IMG/VR virus record: IMGVR_UViG_3300028591_000098
Location: 32,001 to 96,000 of that record
Reading direction: 5' to 3' (one strand)
Origin: a virus
Lineage: Duplodnaviria > Caudoviricetes
DNA: 64,000 bases
Below the pieces are notes generated by a model. The model was not told the DNA's origin and searched no databases. It saw only the letters and a program-made list of their open reading frames with translations. A program made the translations under genes and the position numbers. Shown in pieces: positions 59,574-64,000 of the stretch (its first letter is position 1; each line of letters starts with the position of its first letter).

Positions 59574-60599
59574 ATTAATTAATTTATCATATACCAATGT
59601 TTTTTCAAAAGCATTAATAAATATTTTATTTTCTTTGAATATATTAAATGTAGATAATAATTTGGTAAAAAAATTAACATTACAATTAATAAATAAATTA
59701 ACTAACCATTCAATTGTATATCCAAAAAATCTCCAATTATTACAATATGTATTTAATCCATAATTTGTTTCAGGATTAAATATTTCTTTATAATATTTAA
59801 AATGTTGAAAATTTTGATAAAATAATTTATATTTATCTACAATTGAATGTTCGATATTATATATTATTTTATCAAAATTTTTTCTAAAATATTCAATAAG
59901 ATAAAAATTTACAAAATCCACACATTCATTATAATCGAATAAATTGTAGTGATATTTGTTTTCTAAATAATTTATATAACCATTTATAAATTTCATCATA
60001 TTTATAAACATTATTTTATTACATGTAAACATTGATCTTGCAATAAAATAATGTTCATATTTTTTTAATTCAAAACGTTTACATTTATTTATTATTTTAT
60101 ATTGGTCTATAATTGTTTGTTGTTTTAAATATTCTATTATATCTTCACAAATATATAAAGGATAACCCATGCTCATAAAATATTCGAATATATACCAATA
60201 ATTATTATATTCATATTCTATCTTATTTAATTCTTCATTTGATATGTGATTTAATTGTAATCCATCATGATGGAAATTTCTTTCATAATATTGTATTTCA
60301 TTACGATTAATTTTATATTCATTAATTAAATAAATATTAGGAATACGTCTATAATGGCCTAATGACACAGTATCATATTTTTCATATAATTTATTTTCAT
60401 AAATATAATATAATGTACAATACTCATTATATATATGATTTAAATTGTTTATATTTTTTAAATCAATTTGTTTATTTGTATTAAAAAAAATATAGTTTGA
60501 TGTTGCATCATCAAACAAATATTTTATTACATCTTCATAAACTTTATTATCTTCTTCACTTAAATGTGTTTGTAAAAAAATTCCATGATTTAAATCCAT
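59553..60599 (-). CDS. DUF4422-like glycosyltransferase
   Basis: NINNLN..YNEYCTLYYIYEN...GHYRR and R.FGY..E.L motifs. Confidence 0.6.
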   Translation of the reverse strand: MDLNHGIFLQTHLSEEDNKVYEDVIKYLFDDATSNYIFFNTNKQIDLKNINNLNHIYNEYCTLYYIYENKLYEKYDTVSLGHYRRIPNIYLINEYKINRNEIQYYERNFHHDGLQLNHISNEELNKIEYEYNNYWYIFEYFMSMGYPLYICEDIIEYLKQQTIIDQYKIINKCKRFELKKYEHYFIARSMFTCNKIMFINMMKFINGYINYLENKYHYNLFDYNECVDFVNFYLIEYFRKNFDKIIYNIEHSIVDKYKLFYQNFQHFKYYKEIFNPETNYGLNTYCNNWRFFGYTIEWLVNLFINCNVNFFTKLLSTFNIFKENKIFINAFEKTLVYDKLINSHVNNI

Positions 60600-60601
60600 T
60601 T

Positions 60602-61051
60602 CTAATCATAATATTTTTGAATATATTGAAATACATCAGGAATACATTTAGTTTGCTTTTCTTTAATAGTTTCTTCATTAAACCATTTATATCTTGAATG
60701 TTCTCTCGATATTTTTACTTCTGGTTTTGTTTCTAAATTAACTATGAAATATTGTGTGTCTGAACCATTATCATGTACTTCTTTTCCAAAAGACTTCATA
60801 GAATGTTCTTCATTAAATGATAGTGTTATTCCAGTTTCTTCTTTAATTTCTCTAATTAAAGCATCTTTAGGCGATTTATCTTTTTCATCAATAGCACCAC
60901 CAACAAACCCCCATTTTCCACCAAATAGTTTAACATATCCAGCTCTTTGTAATAAAAGAATTTCATCAGTATCTTTACAAACTAAAATACCATCTACATA
61001 ATGTTTTATTTCTTCTTTGTTTTCCTTTATATATTTTAAAATAGATTTCAT
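60602..61051 (-). CDS. Nudix hydrolase with capsid-targeting-like leader
   Basis: MKSILKYIKE|N; Nudix box GGAIDEKDKSPKDALIREIKEETGI; S.EH..YKW. Confidence 0.85.
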   Translation of the reverse strand: MKSILKYIKENKEEIKHYVDGILVCKDTDEILLLQRAGYVKLFGGKWGFVGGAIDEKDKSPKDALIREIKEETGITLSFNEEHSMKSFGKEVHDNGSDTQYFIVNLETKPEVKISREHSRYKWFNEETIKEKQTKCIPDVFQYIQKYYD

Positions 61052-61052
61052 A

Positions 61053-61610
61053 TTATATAAATTTTATTTTATATTTATACCATTTAGGTGGATTTTTTTG
61101 TAAAGGACAATTATAAAACATATTATTTATATTTTCAACATTAGATACATCCCATTTACTTAAATCTGAATTAAATTTCTCACACCCAGAAAACATATAA
61201 TACATATCTGTAACTTTGGATACGTCCCATTCATTTAAATCTGAATTGAAATTATAACAACATTCAAACATACATCTCATATTTGTAACATTAGATACAT
61301 CCCATTTTGATAAATCTGAATTAAAATCATAACAATTATAAAACATACATTTCATATTTTCAACATTCGATACGTCCCATTGTGATATATTTATATTATG
61401 AGGATTTAAATTATTAAATAAATATGCCATTTCTGTTATATTAGATGTATCAATATCATTTAGATTTGCATTTTTACCACGTTCTTTTAATAATTGTTTT
61501 AATAATACTCTAAGTTCATCCCAATTTTTCGGGTGATATTTATATCCACCAACTTTAGTTTTACTACCAATTTTAAGACCTTCTTTTATATAATTACTTA
61601 AAAACTTCAT
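61053..61610 (-). CDS. DUF285/BspA-like repeat protein (4 repeats) with capsid-targeting-like leader
   Basis: MKFLSNYIKE|GLKIGSKTKV; repeats; NPPKWYK. Confidence 0.85.
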   Translation of the reverse strand: MKFLSNYIKEGLKIGSKTKVGGYKYHPKNWDELRVLLKQLLKERGKNANLNDIDTSNITEMAYLFNNLNPHNINISQWDVSNVENMKCMFYNCYDFNSDLSKWDVSNVTNMRCMFECCYNFNSDLNEWDVSKVTDMYYMFSGCEKFNSDLSKWDVSNVENINNMFYNCPLQKNPPKWYKYKIKFI

Positions 61611-62082
61611 TGTATTCTTCTTTTAAATATTGTTTTATTTGATTAAATCTTTTTAATAAATATTTATCACTTACTGATAATCGAGATGTTGGTAATTTAG
61701 ATATTTTTTTTGTTTTTTCTTCATAATATTTATAATAAAAAATTAAAAACTCTTTTGTTTCTTTATCAAAATATTCTTTAAGTTTATCATATTTTTCTGG
61801 AAGATTTAATCTAATAAAATCTATAACATCTTTATTATCAAATTCCTTTTTATTTTTTCTATTTTCTCTTAATAATTCAGAAATTTGAAGTTCTATTTCA
61901 TGTATTTTATTAGATTCTATTCCATATTTTCTTGCATAGTGTTGTTTTTCCTTTTTTTCTATTGCATAAGAAACATTATTATAATCATCCCTCATTTCTT
62001 CTTCAGAATAATTAAAATTATTTACCTTTGTATTACTTCCTATTTTAATACCTTCCTTTATATAATTAACTATGTATTTCAT
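61594..62082 (-). CDS. helical protein carrying the same extended leader as the DUF285 family
   Basis: MKYIVNYIKE|GIKIGSNTKV followed by an unrelated sequence. Confidence 0.65.
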   Translation of the reverse strand: MKYIVNYIKEGIKIGSNTKVNNFNYSEEEMRDDYNNVSYAIEKKEKQHYARKYGIESNKIHEIELQISELLRENRKNKKEFDNKDVIDFIRLNLPEKYDKLKEYFDKETKEFLIFYYKYYEEKTKKISKLPTSRLSVSDKYLLKRFNQIKQYLKEEYNEVFK

Positions 62083-62091
62083 AAAAATAAA

Positions 62092-62712
62092 TTAAAAATT
62101 TTTATACCAATTTAGTTCATTACCTTCTAGTGGTGAATCCATAAACATATGATTTATATTACATAATTTACTAACTTTCCATTTTGATAAATCATTATTA
62201 AATATAATACTTCCTCTAAACATATACTCCATATTTTTAACATTAGATACATCCCAATTAGACAAATCTGAATTAAATTTCTCACACCCGTAAAACATAC
62301 AATACATATCTGTAACGTTAGATACATCCCAATTAGACAAATCAGAATTAAAATTATAACAACATTTAAATATACTTTTCATATCTGTAACTTTAGATAC
62401 ATTCCATTTACTTAAATCTGAATTAAAATCAAAACAATTATAAAACATATATTTCATATTTTTTACATTAGATACATTCCATTTAGATATATCTATATTA
62501 TGAGGATTCAAATTATTAAATAGAAGATCCATATCAGTTATTTTAGATGTATCAATATCGTTTAAATCTGCATCTTTACCACGTTCCTTTAATAATTGTT
62601 TTAATATTTTTCTAAGTTCATCGTTATCTTTTGGATAATAATTATATACTCTAACTTTTGTTTTACCGCCAATTTGAAGTTTTTCTTGTATTATATCTTG
62701 TAAATTTTTCAT
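62092..62712 (-). CDS. DUF285/BspA-like repeat protein (5 repeats) with capsid-targeting-like leader
   Basis: MKNLQDIIQE leader; repeats; divergent cap ELNWYK. Confidence 0.85.
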   Translation of the reverse strand: MKNLQDIIQEKLQIGGKTKVRVYNYYPKDNDELRKILKQLLKERGKDADLNDIDTSKITDMDLLFNNLNPHNIDISKWNVSNVKNMKYMFYNCFDFNSDLSKWNVSKVTDMKSIFKCCYNFNSDLSNWDVSNVTDMYCMFYGCEKFNSDLSNWDVSNVKNMEYMFRGSIIFNNDLSKWKVSKLCNINHMFMDSPLEGNELNWYKNF

Positions 62713-62714
62713 AT

Positions 62715-63410
62715 TTAATTTCCCTTATACCATTTTGGTGGATTTTTTTCTAATGGAGTATCATAAAACATATAGTCCATATCTCTAACTTTAGAAACGT
62801 TCCATTTATTAAGATCAGAATTAAAAATATGACAATATTCAAATACACCTTTCATATTTGTTACGTTAGATACATTCCATTTACTTAAATCTGAATTAAA
62901 GTTTTCACAATCTCTAAACATCCATGACATATCTGTAACTTTAGAAACGTTCCATTCATTAAGATCTGAATTAAAATTATGACAACTTTCAAATGTGCCT
63001 TTCATATTTGTTACGTTAGATACATCCCATGCACTTAAATCTGAATTAAATTGTTTACATTGAAAAAACGTACCAAACATATTTTTAGTATTAGACACAT
63101 CCCATTTTGATAAATCACAATTAAAATGTATACAATTAAAAAACATACCTTCCATTGTATTAACGTTAGACACATCCCATTGTGATATATCAATATTATG
63201 AGGATCTAAATATGCAAATAATCTTGACATATCAGTTATTTCAGACGTATCAATATCATTTAGATCTGCATCTTTACCACGTTCATTTAATAATTGTTTT
63301 AATAATTTTTTAAGTTTATCTTTATCTTTTGGATGATATTTATATGAACTAACTTTTGTTTTACCACCAATTTGAAGTTTCTCCAGTATTATGTCTTGTA
63401 AGTTTTTCAT
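62715..63410 (-). CDS. DUF285/BspA-like repeat protein (6 repeats) with capsid-targeting-like leader
   Basis: MKNLQDIILE leader; repeats including a 150-bp internal duplication. Confidence 0.85.
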   Translation of the reverse strand: MKNLQDIILEKLQIGGKTKVSSYKYHPKDKDKLKKLLKQLLNERGKDADLNDIDTSEITDMSRLFAYLDPHNIDISQWDVSNVNTMEGMFFNCIHFNCDLSKWDVSNTKNMFGTFFQCKQFNSDLSAWDVSNVTNMKGTFESCHNFNSDLNEWNVSKVTDMSWMFRDCENFNSDLSKWNVSNVTNMKGVFEYCHIFNSDLNKWNVSKVRDMDYMFYDTPLEKNPPKWYKGN

Positions 63411-63413
63411 ATT

Positions 63414-63794
63414 TTACCAACCACATTTATCTGAATTAGCATAATCCCATTCAATTCTATAATCTTCTTCTTCCTTAGTTAAATTTAATTCACCTTCGTT
63501 TTCTACACCTTTAATTACACATGCAGTAACAAATTTAGTTAAACGTTTTCTATCTTCTCCAGTTAAATGTCCATTAACTTTACGAAGAATTATTTGACAT
63601 AATTTTGATATTACTGATGAATTTTCTAATTTTTCAATTTCAAATTCACCTTTTTTATATTTTTTAACTAAATTATCTATTAATGGTTTAAAATAATGTT
63701 TATATATATCTGAATTATTATCCAATTCCATACAAGCATCAAATATTATTTTATTTGCATTAGATTCCGTAATATATTCTTTAATGTTCTTCAT
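63414..63794 (-). CDS. putative internal head protein (capsid-targeting-like leader)
   Basis: MKNIKEYITE|S. Confidence 0.6.
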   Translation of the reverse strand: MKNIKEYITESNANKIIFDACMELDNNSDIYKHYFKPLIDNLVKKYKKGEFEIEKLENSSVISKLCQIILRKVNGHLTGEDRKRLTKFVTACVIKGVENEGELNLTKEEEDYRIEWDYANSDKCGW

Positions 63795-63807
63795 ATTTTT
63801 ATTAAAT

Positions 63808-63999
63808 TTATTTTTTTATTCTAACATATAAATTAATACCACCATCGGCATCATATATTTCTCCAATTTTTAATGCTTTAACAGCCTTTTCTCCAGTATC
63901 ATCACCTTCAAAATCTTTAGTCCATTGTTTTAAATCATCTTCAGTATAAGGTGTAATTATTTGACTATCAGTATTAATATATAACCATTTTACATCTTT
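63808..63999 (-). CDS. 3' end of a hypothetical protein entering from beyond the window
   Basis: open frame ...KWLYINTDSQ...YDADGGINLYVRIKK*. Confidence 0.55.
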   Translation of the reverse strand, partial: KDVKWLYINTDSQIITPYTEDDLKQWTKDFEGDDTGEKAVKALKIGEIYDADGGINLYVRIKK

Positions 64000-64000
64000 A

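Noticed and set aside
54305-63410. The 72-75-bp periodic repeats as a CRISPR array or DGR template/variable regions
   Set aside because: The repeats are in-frame, degenerate protein-coding units without unique spacers; no cas or reverse transcriptase gene and no non-coding template copy occur in the window.
1-64000. TAG-to-Gln recoding as in Lak megaphages of Prevotella
   Set aside because: Long genes (up to 1694 aa) are uninterrupted under code 11, and TAG-ending genes such as 60602, 32699 and 21999 abut the next start codon, consistent with real stops.

Overview
This is a 64-kb, very AT-rich, gene-dense segment of a large T4-like (myovirus) jumbo/megaphage genome, read with the standard genetic code. 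The host is most likely Bacteroidota (Prevotella-like), based on a Bacteroidota-type OmpA, an endonuclease V, a bL12 N-terminal mimic and the absence of obvious Shine-Dalgarno sites. Positions 253-11150 (+ strand) hold baseplate genes (gp25-like, gp6-like), an AAA ATPase and putative internal head proteins. Almost everything else is on the - strand: RuvC-like resolvase, DinG-like helicase, two RNA ligases (ATP-dependent Rnl type and RtcB), many small hypotheticals, a GMP reductase/IMPDH-family enzyme, dUTPase, tail-tube-like and tape-measure-like proteins, OmpA, glycosylation enzymes (GT25, two GT2, UDP-GlcA decarboxylase, DUF4422; Glf is on +) and a T4 gp2-like DNA end protector. The main find is that 19 genes start with a 10-residue leader, M-K-x-h-x-x-h-h-x-E (h = hydrophobic), closely matching the T4 capsid-targeting sequence MKTYQEFIAE. 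Ten of these encode a diversified, variable-length DUF285 repeat repertoire with constant caps and hypervariable repeat positions, a candidate packaged-and-injected library of binders. Other notable items are separate ribosomal bL12 NTD-like and CTD-like mini-genes, a prohead-protease paralog lacking the catalytic Ser motif, and a recoded duplicate of the rtcB 3' end. All family assignments come from motif recognition by eye; no database searches were run.
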